Below are positions 25,710-36,713 of a DNA stretch of 64,000 bases, one piece after another. Source of the stretch: Antedon mediterranea (Eukaryota > Animalia > Echinodermata); NCBI RefSeq assembly GCF_964355755.1, contig NC_092680.1, forward strand, positions 9,982,001-10,046,000. The letters run 5' to 3'. The number at the start of each line of letters is the position of its first letter. The stretch's first letter is position 1. A program made the translations under genes and the position numbers. The notes under the pieces are model-generated. The model was not told where the DNA came from and ran no database searches. It saw nothing but the letters and a program-made list of their open reading frames with translations.

Positions 25710-26908
25710 TGTAATGATTTTGGGGTTGAAGAAATAGAGGACGGCAGATGGAGGCAGAGTTAGGCAGGAGGAGAAGCAGAGAACGGACGTGAGAAAAAGG
25801 GCAGAGAGGGATTGGAGAAGGAAGGCAATGGAGGGTGAACTCGAGCTGCGTTAAAAAGGAGGGAGAGATTGGAGCTGGAAAAGCAGAGAACCAGGGAAAA
25901 GACATGTAAAATAAGTAGAGAAATTGGAAAACAAAGTGTAGAGAAGATTAGAGAAAAGAGAAAGAGGAAATTAGAGTTGAATAAAAGGAGAGTTAAGACA
26001 CAGTAAGTAAAGTTAGCCGGAGGGTACAGCCTACCGGTTGTGTTACTGTTGGAGACATAATGAGCCGGAGGTTGCACCTACTGGTTGTATCACTATTTGA
26101 GACATAGTGAGCCGGAGGTTGCACCTACTGGTTGTATTACTATTTGAGACATAGCTGAGCCAGAGGTTGCGCCTACTGGTTGTGCTACTGTGTGAGATAC
26201 TTAGCCCGTGGTACACCCTGTGGTTGTGATACTGCTTTGCTGATGGGTACACCTATTAGCCAGTGGTTAAGACTACTGGTGGTTACCCTGTTAGCCGGTA
26301 CGTGGTTACGCCATTGTTGGTGGTTACGTTGCTGTTGGAGGTTACGCCATTGTTGGTGGTTACGTTGCTGTTGGAGGTTGCACCATTGTTGGAGGTTACA
26401 TTGCTGTTGGAGGTTACACCATTTTTGGTGGTTACGTTGCTGTTGGAGGTTACGCCATTGTTGGTGGTTACGTTGCTGTTGGAGGTTGCACCATTTTTGG
26501 TGGTTACGTTGCTGTTGGAGGTTACACTGCTGTTGGAGGTTACGCTGCTGTTGGGGGTTACGCTGCTGTTGGAGGTTACGCTGCTGTTGGTGGTTACGCT
26601 GCTTTTGGAGGTTACGCCGTTGTTGGTGGTTACGCCGTTGTTGGTGGTTACGCCATTGTTGGTGGTTACGCCATTGTGGTGGTTACGCCGTTTCTGTTGG
26701 TTACGCTGTTGTTTCAATTCCGGCGTAAGATCAACACTAATCTAAATTAATTATTTTAATCGGTTTTCACTTATAATTTGGAATCATAGAAAGAATAAAG
26801 GAGACCACTCCACAAGTTGTAATTGTAATTGATTTATCTCATTATTTACCGCAGACCCCTCCCCCCAAAAGGGAACAAACCCGGAAGAACACGGAGACTT
26901 TCGTTACA
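25710..26908 (-). mobile_element. Solo-LTR-like unit containing an 18-bp minisatellite
   Basis: TGTAA...TTACA termini; flanks ATAT/ATAG; GGTTACGCYRYTGTTGGW array at ~26303-26700. Confidence 0.6.
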
Positions 26909-27299
26909 ATAGTAACATAAAAATACATGGAATTATTACTTCTTAGTCTCTTAGAATAGTAATTATTAATAATAATTTAAAATTATTAATACAAATTATG
27001 TGGCCAATTAGTAGAGCATGTGGTAGCAAAGTACCTAGTCTCTGCATGCATGGAGGAAAAACTTGGTCTCTGGTGGTTTTCATTTAATAATGTACAACTG
27101 TAGTAATAATACTGATACTAATTATTAATTATATTTTACTAGGCCATATTTGTTTGCCTCGCAAAGTTCTTTCAAGAAATAGCTAATACTTATTGTACAA
27201 TTATTTTAAATCACTTGGTAAGTAGCTTTTTTAAAAACAAATAATCAATGAGCCATAATAATACGCAATGCAATTTCATTAATACTAAATACAGTATAT

Positions 27300-28377
27300 T
27301 GTAATGATTTTGGGGTAGAAGAAAAAGATAGAGGGCAGCAGATGAAGGCAGAGTTAGGCAGGAGGAGAAGAAGAAAACGGACGTGAGAAAACGGGGAGAG
27401 AGAATGGAGAAGAAAGGCAATGGAGGGTGAACTCAAGCTGCGTAATAAACAGGAGAGATAATAAGGAAAAGATAGACAGGTAAGCTAGTGGTTACGCCTA
27501 CTGGTTGTGTTACTGTTTGAGATAACAGCAGAGCCGGAGGTTACGCCTACTGGTTGTGTTACTGTTTGAATACATTTTCATCGATCATTTTAGGAGGGGG
27601 GTGATGTAATGATTTTGGGGAGGATAGAAAAGATAGAGGGCGGCAGAGGAGCAGGGAGTTGGAAAAGAGGAGAAAACCAGAGAGCAGACGTGTACAGTAA
27701 GTAGAGACTTTAAAGAGATTGGAAAATAAGCGTAAAAGAGAAAATTAGAGGTGAATAATAAAAGGAGATAAGTAATACAATGAGCCGTAGGGTACTGCCT
27801 ACCGGTTGTGTTACTGTGTGAGATACAGTTAGCCAGTGGTACACCCTCTGGTTGTGATACTGTGTTGGTGGATACGCAGTTGTTGGAGGTTACGCCATTG
27901 TTGGTGGTTACGCAGTTGTTGGAGGTTACGCCATTGTTGGTGGTTACGCTGCTGTTGGAGGTTACGCTGCTGTTGGAGGTTACGCCGTTGGTTGGTGGTT
28001 ACGCAGTTGCTGTTGGTTACGTTTGCTGGTGGGTACACCTGTTAGCCAGTGGTTAAGACTACTGGTGGTTACCCAGTGGATACGCTTATTATTGCATGGT
28101 GGACAACCCGATAGCTAGTGGTTGTGCAGAAACTGGTGATGCTGGTTAAAGATCTAGATTAAAGTCCTTGGATTGAACAGTTATTTGTACATATTTTATC
28201 TAATTAATCATAATTATAATCATTTTCTGCTGTTGATCATTAATCTGGAGAAACAATAAAACGAGACACCTCAAAATAAGTTTCTTGTATTTGTTTATTT
28301 TGGTGAGAGTAAGGAGTGGTTCAAGCCGTAGACTTCCCCCCAAAAAGGGACGAACCCTGAAGACAAATTTCGTTACA
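27300..28377 (-). mobile_element. Second solo-LTR-like unit of the same family with a duplicated end (restart at ~27606)
   Basis: TGTAATGATTTTGGGG at 27300 and ~27606, TTCGTTACA at 28377; shorter 18-bp array at ~27868-28020. Confidence 0.6.
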
Positions 28378-29434
28378 ATACTGCACTCTAGTATTTCAAA
28401 ATGTACCTTCTGATTGATAATGGAATGATCCAAATGACCTACCAACCAATCATTTGATGAGTTTTCTAGATCTAAAAAAGTCAGATATCTGAGTTTTCGA
28501 GATCTAGAAAAGTCAGATCAGATAGATCTGAGTTTTCTAGATCTGAGTTTTCTAGACACCCTCGTATGTGTTATGAATAGGGATCTGTGCTGTACACATT
28601 GAGTTGACTGACGATCTCATAACACACTTGGTTGGTCCATTATTCTTAACAAAGGGGCCATATAATAATACATGTTATAAAGTATTATCAGTTAATTAAA
28701 AGTTTTAGGTGAATTCATAGATGGAAAAGTATAATTTAAAGACTGCAAAAGTCCCTTCTTGTCGGTCATGTTATATGAATGGGGAAATTGTCTAATGCCA
28801 CCATGGGCCACACTTTTTTTTCTAATGCATTGAAATTCCCATCACAATTTTTTACTAAATTAAATGTTTAAAAACATTGTAAAAAATGACCAGAATGATG
28901 AATTTTAATAATTTTTAGTGTCTATGGATTGCATTTTTTCTCCTGCCCCTTTTATTGTATGACTCAATGTGTTCCATTGATTTTAAATTTTCTTGTCAGG
29001 TACCTAGTTAGTACTGTACTAGCATGGAGGTAAAAAATCCTCCATGGTACTAGTACTCTAGTACTAGTAGTGGTAGTAGGCCTAGGAGAGTATTGTTTAA
29101 ATAACGGTTAGGTTTAACCATGGCCATCACCCATCACCCATGCCGATGGCATGGTGAGGTGGTTTAACTGTACCGACAGTTTGAGTTAGCTCAATTACCT
29201 TTTTCTAAAATCAAGCAAGATGTAGCTAGTCCAAAGTAGAAAGAGTAATCACTCATTCGGTCCACATTACATAGCCTATATTACATATGTTTCGTATGGC
29301 TACTTTAGTTAGGCCTAGCTAAAGCCTGACCAACCCAACCAACCAAGGCCGTTTCTGTATTCTGTAGTCTGTTGTGTAATCAGTAGTATGGCTAGGCCTA
29401 ACTGGCTAGGCCTAGTACTAGGTATACTGTAGAC

Positions 29435-31135
29435 GGGGATCAGACGATCGGGACCACGGACGCAAGACGATCGGGCCCATATTTTGTGGTCCTGATCATC
29501 TTATGTGTTGGGCCCGATCGTCTTACCAGTTGGTCCCGATCGTCTTAGCATTAGGCCCGATAGTCTTTTGTGTTATATAAAATAATGTGCCACATTTCAT
29601 TCCTAGTGCTAGTGTCAACATGCTTTTCTTGCGTAAATTAAGATTTTAATTAAAAAGGTTAATTAGATTTTTTTGATTTTATCATAATTTTCCCCTAATT
29701 AACACTTCACTAGGCCTACTGCTGGTTATAAGAACACATATTCAGTAGAATCAAATGGCGATATTTCTGTATTTTTTCAATCAATTGCTTGCTTGCGAGT
29801 TTAAGGATCTTTGGCTATGTTCGGCTTCGGGATGTTAGGCCTAGGCTTGGCTAGGGGTCGTCGGTTTCGTGTTATGGGTCGTCCAATTCGAGGTCGCCCG
29901 GGTCGTTGGGGTCGTCCAATTCGAGGTTGTCGCTTTCTACATATCCGTTGTCTCCCTGATTATACTGTCATACACTATCATACAGTGTGATGGATAATAA
30001 CTTGACTAAATTAATAGCACATGCGTGAAACTTGATTCGGTATATAGGCCTAATAGTAATATATATTTTCAATTCATATTTTCTGACTTTAAATCGAATA
30101 ATTATTTTTTTTAATTTTCCAAGAATGTTTTGGGCCTGATCGTCTTATTCATTGGGCCCGATCGACTTATTCATTATTAATGTTATGCGCGATTTGAACG
30201 ATTTGCGCAATTTGAAATTGCGCAAAAAAAATCCTTGCGCAATTTGAATTGAAACATGTGTTTCAAATTGCGCAAGCAACGTATTAAATTGCGCAAGTAA
30301 TCTGTAAATTGCGCAAGGTTTTTCGACAGATTGTGAAATCATGCACACCCATATTTTATAGTAATTTCTAAGAATGATTCAAAATTAAACATAAATATCG
30401 CATTTCCTTATTTTAGTAGTGCAAATATTGTTATAAGTTAGCATACCGTCGAAGAACCGACGAAGGAAAACGAAGCGGTGGTGTTCCACCAGGCGGGCGC
30501 GGCGCGGGCGGCCGGCTATACTACTCTAGCCTAGCTAGGGTCTGGACTACTGATACTGACTAGATTACATGGCCTAGCTTAAACTAATATTAAAAACTTA
30601 AAAAGTGAGTATTAAACATTATCTTCATTGAAATGGTCTTATTTATATAATAAAATACTAAATTTTAAACTCCTCTGCCTAGGCCTAGCCTAGCCATGTA
30701 TGGGAAAATTTACAGTTCGTTTTCAAATTGCGCAAAGGTGTCATATTGCGCAAGAACTATCTTGCGCAATTTACAAATTGTGCAGCGCAATTTAAAATTG
30801 CGCAAAGATTTTCTTGCGCAATTTGAAATTGCGCAAGTTGATTGCGCAATTTGAAATTGCGCAAAAAAATCCTTGCGCAATTTTAAATTGCGCAAGAATT
30901 CTTTGCGCAATTTCAAATTGCGCAAGGATTTTTTTGCGCAATTCCAAATTGCGCAAATCGTTCAAATCGCGCATAACATTAATATTAATATATTATTGGG
31001 CCCGATCGTCTCTGGTCCCGATCGTCTTTCACCCCCTGGGCCTGCTGGCCCTTGATGGGCCCAATCGTCTCACGATTTAGGCCCGATCGTCTTGAAGTTG
31101 GTCCGATCGTGCCTGGTCCCGATCGTCTGATAACC
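29435..31135. mobile_element. TIR element with repeated CCCGATCGTCT sub-terminal motifs
   Basis: GGGGATCAGACGATCGGGACCA / TGGTCCCGATCGTCTGATAACC; no clear TSD. Confidence 0.75.
30181..30978. mobile_element. MITE rich in TTGCGCAA, nested in the previous element
   Basis: TIR TGTTATGCGCGATTTGAACGATTTGCGCAATTT... ~65 bp; TTAA on both flanks. Confidence 0.85.
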
Positions 31136-31294
31136 AGGGCTAGGCCTAGTAGGTTACTGGTTAGGCCTATAGGCTAGGCCTAGTATGCTGGCCCTAGCTA
31201 GCCTAGCCTAGGGGCTAGGGCCTAGCTAGGCTAGGCCTAGATATTCAGGATAATATAACCCCGACAAAACAAAATACATTGATGGTTGTTTCGT

Positions 31295-31530
31295 CTTACC
31301 TATTTGACGTCTATAAATAGAAATGTAATTTCAAGTGTTTTTAATGCAAAAAAATGGTTAAATTCACATATTCAATGTAAATTAATGAAAATTAACCAAC
31401 AACATCCTTCTGTGTTTCATAAAAATTAGTCGGAAGTAAAACAGTACGTAATTAAATTAAAGTAAAGTGCGCCTCCACTAAATTGTTATGGTTTGGTTGA
31501 TTACGTCATTTATAATAAGGGAATTCCCCT
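31295..31530 (-). promoter_or_regulatory. Candidate non-coding first exon and promoter of the semaphorin gene
   Basis: Strong minus-strand donor AG|GTAAGA at ~31299; ETS-type CGGAAGT at 31431-31437, CRE-like TTACGTCA at 31501-31508, NF-kB palindrome GGGAATTCCC at 31519-31528; the first coding exon has an acceptor upstream of its ATG, so a 5' exon is expected. Confidence 0.5.
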
Positions 31531-32235
31531 TTTTATTATTCTAATTCTACGGACGAGCTAGCAATTCAACAAAGACAAATAATATTTGGCTTTGAATATT
31601 ATAGGCTATATATAAATTACCTGACTGTAATTCAATAAATTGTACTTTTGTCGATGATAGATTCATTCGTTCAAAAAACTTTTTAAACCAGGAAACAATG
31701 TTAGATGCGTATAGGCCTATGACAATAACCAAGCTATAACGAGAAGAAGAAACGTGCTTGTGAATGTTTTTTCTGTAATCTTATAAAAGAATCCTATCTG
31801 CACCATTATAAACAGATTGTTCATAACACCAAATGCCTACAATACAATTAAGCAAGCATTGGCAAGATAATTACACCCAATCCAAAAAGGATTAGGCCTA
31901 GGCTTAGTACCGCACGTAAGCTTCGTTTGTAGGTTGGATGGATTCGGGAGTTTTAATTCCACAGCAAACGATATACAGACCGTAAGAGTAGACCATAGCT
32001 AAAGCTAAAACAACGAAGGAAATTTCTACACAATTCTCAAACTTACTTGTACTCCAACAGGTTTTCGTAAGTTCTCCTATTTATATAAGATGAATGAATA
32101 TAATTTCATAGGAAGAATCATTTTGATATTTTATTTTATTTTATTCAATCAAAACTAACAGCGAAAATACCGCCACTAAACATAAAACAATACAACATCA
32201 AAAACGGAAAATACAGATATATATATATATCCAAT

Positions 32236-32280
32236 CTGCAGACAGTACTGTTTCGATCTTATTAGATCTCGTCAGTGCAG
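32236..32280 (-). ncRNA. Type I hammerhead ribozyme motif (module 1)
   Basis: CTGCA-CTGACGA-GATC-TAATAA-GATC-GAAA-CAGTACTG-TC-TGCAG: full core, stems I-III, GUC cleavage triplet. Confidence 0.85.
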
Positions 32281-32363
32281 CTCAGGTTTCGAAATGAAAT
32301 GTACCGCAGAACTGGCACAGTATATAGGCTGATATATATATATATATATATATACATAACACT

Positions 32364-32402
32364 TGCACTGATGAAGGGCTAGTGTTGCCCGAAAGCTCTG
32401 CT
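32364..32402 (+). ncRNA. Minimal type I hammerhead ribozyme motif (module 2)
   Basis: GCA-CTGATGA-A-GGGC-TAGTGTT-GCCC-GAAA-GC-TC-TGC; stem III reduced to the AGCT palindrome. Confidence 0.7.
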
Positions 32403-32560
32403 AACATTTCTGGCTGTTTACTTTATCGTTTTGATTTAGCTTTTCGCTTTTTATTTTTGTATCTCCATTGAGATCCAGCCACTGATACCCACAGCATTGT
32501 CATTTTTTTCAGTAATTTGCCTTTGGATTTATATATACATAACATATATATATATATATA

Positions 32561-32945
32561 CAGAAAAACAAATTACTCAATTAAATGGAAAATTATAAAG
32601 AAATGCAAACCTTACTCAAAATAACAAAAGATGTAATTTATGTAATATGAAAAGTATATTATTATGTCAACCAGAGCTATGCTCACTGAACCGTAAGAAC
32701 GAGTTAGTCTCAACTTGTAGACATAGGAAAAAATTCTTACTAAATTGCAGATCCAAATAGTTTATCTAAAACAATAGGCTATTGTATACGACTTCCTGAT
32801 AACTCACTTCTATAAAGTACTATGAGACAACTGTGTCACTTATGTTTTATATTTCACCTGAAGAGTGCGGCCAGCTACACGCTGGTCGTACGAAACAAAT
32901 TTGTAGTGATTAAAACAATGAAGTAACCAAGTTTTCTGCTGTTAT

Positions 32946-32951
<6 letters not shown>
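32561..32951 (+). mobile_element. PLE 3' fragment (module 3) with frameshifted endonuclease C-terminus
   Basis: Translates (with frameshifts) YSIKWKIIKKCKPYS..KRCNLC..EKYII.CQPELCSLNRKNELVSTCRHRKKFLL, a PLE endonuclease C-terminal signature; bounded by (TA)n. Confidence 0.75.
32854..32909 (+). ncRNA. Type I hammerhead ribozyme motif (module 3)
   Basis: TCAC-CTGAAGA-GTGCGGCCAGC-TACAC-GCTGGTCGTAC-GAAA-CAAATTTG-TA-GTGA: core, 11-bp stem II, palindromic stem III, GUA triplet. Confidence 0.85.
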
Positions 32952-32982
<31 letters not shown>

Positions 32983-32987
<5 letters not shown>

Positions 32988-33921
32988 TTTATCTATTGAT
33001 AAACCTGGTCTTTCTACATCCGTCCACTACAAAGATACTGACGCGCACACTTATTTAAATTACAACTCTTCGCATCCTCCAGCTTGTAAGAATGCTATAC
33101 CGTATTCGCAACTTGTTAGACTTCGACGTTTATGTAGCGATGATGATGACTTTAACATCAAAGCATCTGAGATGATCGATTTTTTCAATGCACGCGAATA
33201 TCCATCTGACATTACTGTGAAATCTCTAAGAAAAGTTTGCCAGTTAACGCACGAGGACACATTACAACCTACACATAATACAAATGCTTGTGACCGCATA
33301 CCTCTAGTCCTCACGTATCATCCTATGAATAAGAAGGTTATTAACATTGTCCGCGATAACTTTTCAATTTTGACTGAAGATAAATCCGCTACAAAAGATA
33401 TTTTTCAAGAACCACCCATGATAGCTTACAGACGTGATCAAAGCATTAAAGACACTTTAGTTAAATCTAAATTACAAAACAAAGGTAATGAATCAACTGG
33501 AACATTCAAATGTAATAGAAATAGATGTTCAACATGTAATTACGTTTCATGTTCAAACCAAATAGTAGGACCTTCTGGTAATTATGTTATCACAGATCGT
33601 ATTACGTGCACCACTAGAAATCTAGTTTATTGTATTTCGTGTACTAAATGTAATATGCTTTATATTGGTGAAACTAAACGCAGGTTAGGTGATAGGTTTG
33701 TAGAACATTTAAGGTCTATTAAACTAAAGACTCCCGGATTACCTGTAGCCACCCATTTTTGTAATAATGAGCATTCCCTTTCAGATATTACTATTTCTGG
33801 TGTTAAAGTATGTAATGGTTCTGAGACATCTCGTAGAATTATAGAAGAAAGAATAATTGTAAAGCTTGGCACTCTTGCCCCTACCGGCATAAATGTACAA
33901 TTTAGATCCTTTAAACATTAA
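32983..33921 (+). CDS. 5'-truncated Penelope-like (Neptune-like) ORF: RT C-terminus/thumb + Cys linker + GIY-YIG endonuclease
   Basis: Open from the (TA)n junction: TSVHYKDTDAHTYLNYNSSHP..AIPYSQLVRLRRLCS...CNRNRCSTC...VYCISCTKCNMLYIGETKRRLGDRFVEH...VATHF...LGTLAPTGIN. Confidence 0.92.
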
Positions 33922-34141
33922 TTTTGCCAGAGACATTCACATATTAACAATTATTTACACTTGAAGCTTTTGTCTTTGTTTTAAATTTCCTGCTTTATAA
34001 GCACATTCCTGCTTTGTACACCATAGCTTTTGGAGGCGTGCCTTTATAACTATGCCTTTTGTTTGTTAACATCTTTGATTGGCTGATTTGTTTTATTATG
34101 TAATTTTGTGACTTATATATGTTATCCTTTGTTACAATTGT

Positions 34142-34183
34142 TTTCACCTGATGATGGGCTATGCCCGAAACATGTCGTTGAAA
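34142..34183 (+). ncRNA. Minimal type I hammerhead ribozyme motif in the 3' UTR of the Neptune-like PLE (module 4)
   Basis: TTTCAC-CTGATGA-T-GGGC-TAT-GCCC-GAAA-CATG-TC-GTTGAAA; ACATGT palindromic stem III, GUC triplet. Confidence 0.8.
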
Positions 34184-35930
34184 TAAATCTATATTGAGGC
34201 AGTTTTAACTTATTTGATCTTGATTTTTTTCTATATCCTGCCTATGCAGCTCTTTGATTTATATATATATATAAAAACCTAACACTAAAATTTACAAGAT
34301 AAGTTCTATTTGATAACTTCTGAACATCGTGGTTCTGGAGCTAGCGAGCTGTACACAGAGCATAGTTGTTGTTTGGTTGACATAACAGGGTATTCCCCTA
34401 CACAGGTCTCCGCGTGCGTGTGTGACGTGTCCAGTCAGCTGCTTGATAGAGAAAGCATGCAGCTCACACGCAAGTGCAAGATGCAATGGTTGAGTGAATT
34501 CAGGAATCATCTTAATTCCATGGTTTTTTACCTAAACACCACATGATGGTGAATATGCCTGTTAAAGTCTCAATGATACGATCCCTAATGTACCATGTTG
34601 TTGCTAGGAGGCTTGAAAGGAGGAGGGATCTAGCCTAATTTCGGTCGGCAAGAGAATGCCGTCCTCTGACAATATAAGGTCGGCAATATTAAGGTCGGCA
34701 ATTGAAATTTGTGGGCTGGAAATTACACCAACAATATAGTTCATAAACAAAAGAGAATAGCCGGAAATGCGATTTGCGGCCATAGGCCTATAGAGAAAAA
34801 AAATGAGATGTTTGTAAATCGTTTTTAACGACTTACAATGCGCTAGAACGCCAAAATTTCCAGGGGCCGTCGGCCCCTGGATCCCGACCGGGGGCCCTTG
34901 GCGGCCCCCTGGCCCCCAGCCAATGTTTGCTCGCTTCGCTCGCAAAGCTACGCCACCCCTATTTCAATATCCTGGATCCGCCCCTGGGTTCCACTAAACA
35001 ACTTAACGATCCACCCCGCCGTCAAACCTGGTTACGGCCCTGGGTGTAGCCCTGTTGTTGTGTGCCGCCGGTGGTGGTATGTAGGCCTACTTTATTGGCG
35101 TTTTATTTGGCAGGTCATACGTGCGAATTGAGTAGGACCTACGAGAGAGGCCAGGCCAAGGACTAAACAATTAATAAACAAAACAACTTGGCATTACGAT
35201 TTTATATTTCAACAGTCTCGATCGTACATTCAGCACTGTACGTACTCGATCTTTTTCATTTTGAAACAAAATGATCATTGGTTGATTCGAAATCCATATT
35301 TACATATCGCCCGCCCCATATAGCCAAATACGGTATGATAACCTACGTCATTCTTATCGGATGTTTGCGGTCTGCAAATCGATTTCTATACGTGTTTCAC
35401 AAGTCTGTATTTTCAGACAAAAATCGCGGTCGAAATAAAAACAAATAAATAAAAAAAAAAAGATAATACAGACTTGGGGCAATTTCAGACAAAAATCGCG
35501 GTCGAAATAAAAACAAATAAATAAAAAAAAAAGATAATACAGACTTGGGGCAAGTCTAAAACTTCCATTGAACAGCGTCGATTCGACGGGACTGACACAT
35601 GGAGAAATTGAATTGAAAATTACGGAACAATATTTAAGGTGAGGACGTATTTGTATAAAGATAAAAGTGCCCTGCCGTCATTCATAAACCTACAATTTCT
35701 CCATATCAGGCCCATCATTCTATTAGCTTTTGACAACGCATTGATTAATATGTGAACACAAATTTAATTTACTACTGTATCAATAAAAATACCTAAATCT
35801 TTCTCTACATAAAATAAAGTGAAAAAGCATCCTGTGGAGTGGTAATCACTTTAATCAATTTCAGATCGTCAGCAAACAACAGACTCGGAATGATTACATT
35901 TTAAAGGAAGATCGTTAATAAATAGATTAA

Positions 35931-36713
35931 CGCTGTGGCTAAAGATACGGTACCGTATTCTAACTTCTGTTTACTAAAGGTACGGTAAAATTGCATTACG
36001 TCATAATCAGCCAATGGGGTGCTGGTACGTGTGTGACGTCATCGTATAAGGACTTTTGATTTTTTTTCATATCATCGCGTCTGTTGCATGATATGTAGAC
36101 AATTCCTGTCGGCGGCGCCAGGCTGCATGGATGTGTGTGTGCGCGCTGATCGGAGGGTTTTATTTTTATTCCAAATGGCCTATAGGCCTATATTTTTTAT
36201 TAAACTTTGTTTACAATGGTGACCATAAACAACAAGCAAATGCGGACAATAAAGGGGCCCTCAAATACTATGATTTTTTAGACAGTAGCCCCAGGTCTGA
36301 GTCACAGAAATCAGCGCACACATGCAGCTGGCCCCAGCCTGGCATCGCTTTCCCTACACAAACAAACTCATATAATGAGGTTATAGTACGTAGTAAGTAG
36401 GCCTAGGCCTCTTTTGAAACGGTTTTCTGTATTCTAGAATTAAAATCAACATGTTTTGGCTTTTCAATAATAATAACAGACGTAGGCTACATTTAGTTTT
36501 TGTCACACACGACGGCGATAATATAGAGATAAATGAAACATAAAGAAAATGCGGTTGATCACTGTTTTCCCGATATGAAAAAAATCCAAAGTCCTTATAC
36601 GATGACGTCACACACGTACCAGCACCCCATTGGCTGGTTATGACGTAATGCAATTTTACCGTACCTTTAGTAAACAGAAGTTAGAATACGGTACCGTATC
36701 TTTAGCCACGGCG
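35931..36713. mobile_element. MITE with ~145-bp TIRs
   Basis: CGCTGTGGCTAAAGATACGGTACCG... / ...CGGTACCGTATCTTTAGCCACGGCG, nearly perfect arms. Confidence 0.85.

Noticed and set aside
26180-26745. Three overlapping 144-182 aa ORFs (Trp/Cys-rich, Leu/Val-rich, Asn/Thr-rich)
   Set aside because: All are translations of the 18-bp minisatellite inside an LTR-like repeat; no splice or domain evidence
30710-31080. Several short ORFs with LRNFKLRK repeats
   Set aside because: Translations of the TTGCGCAA-rich MITE
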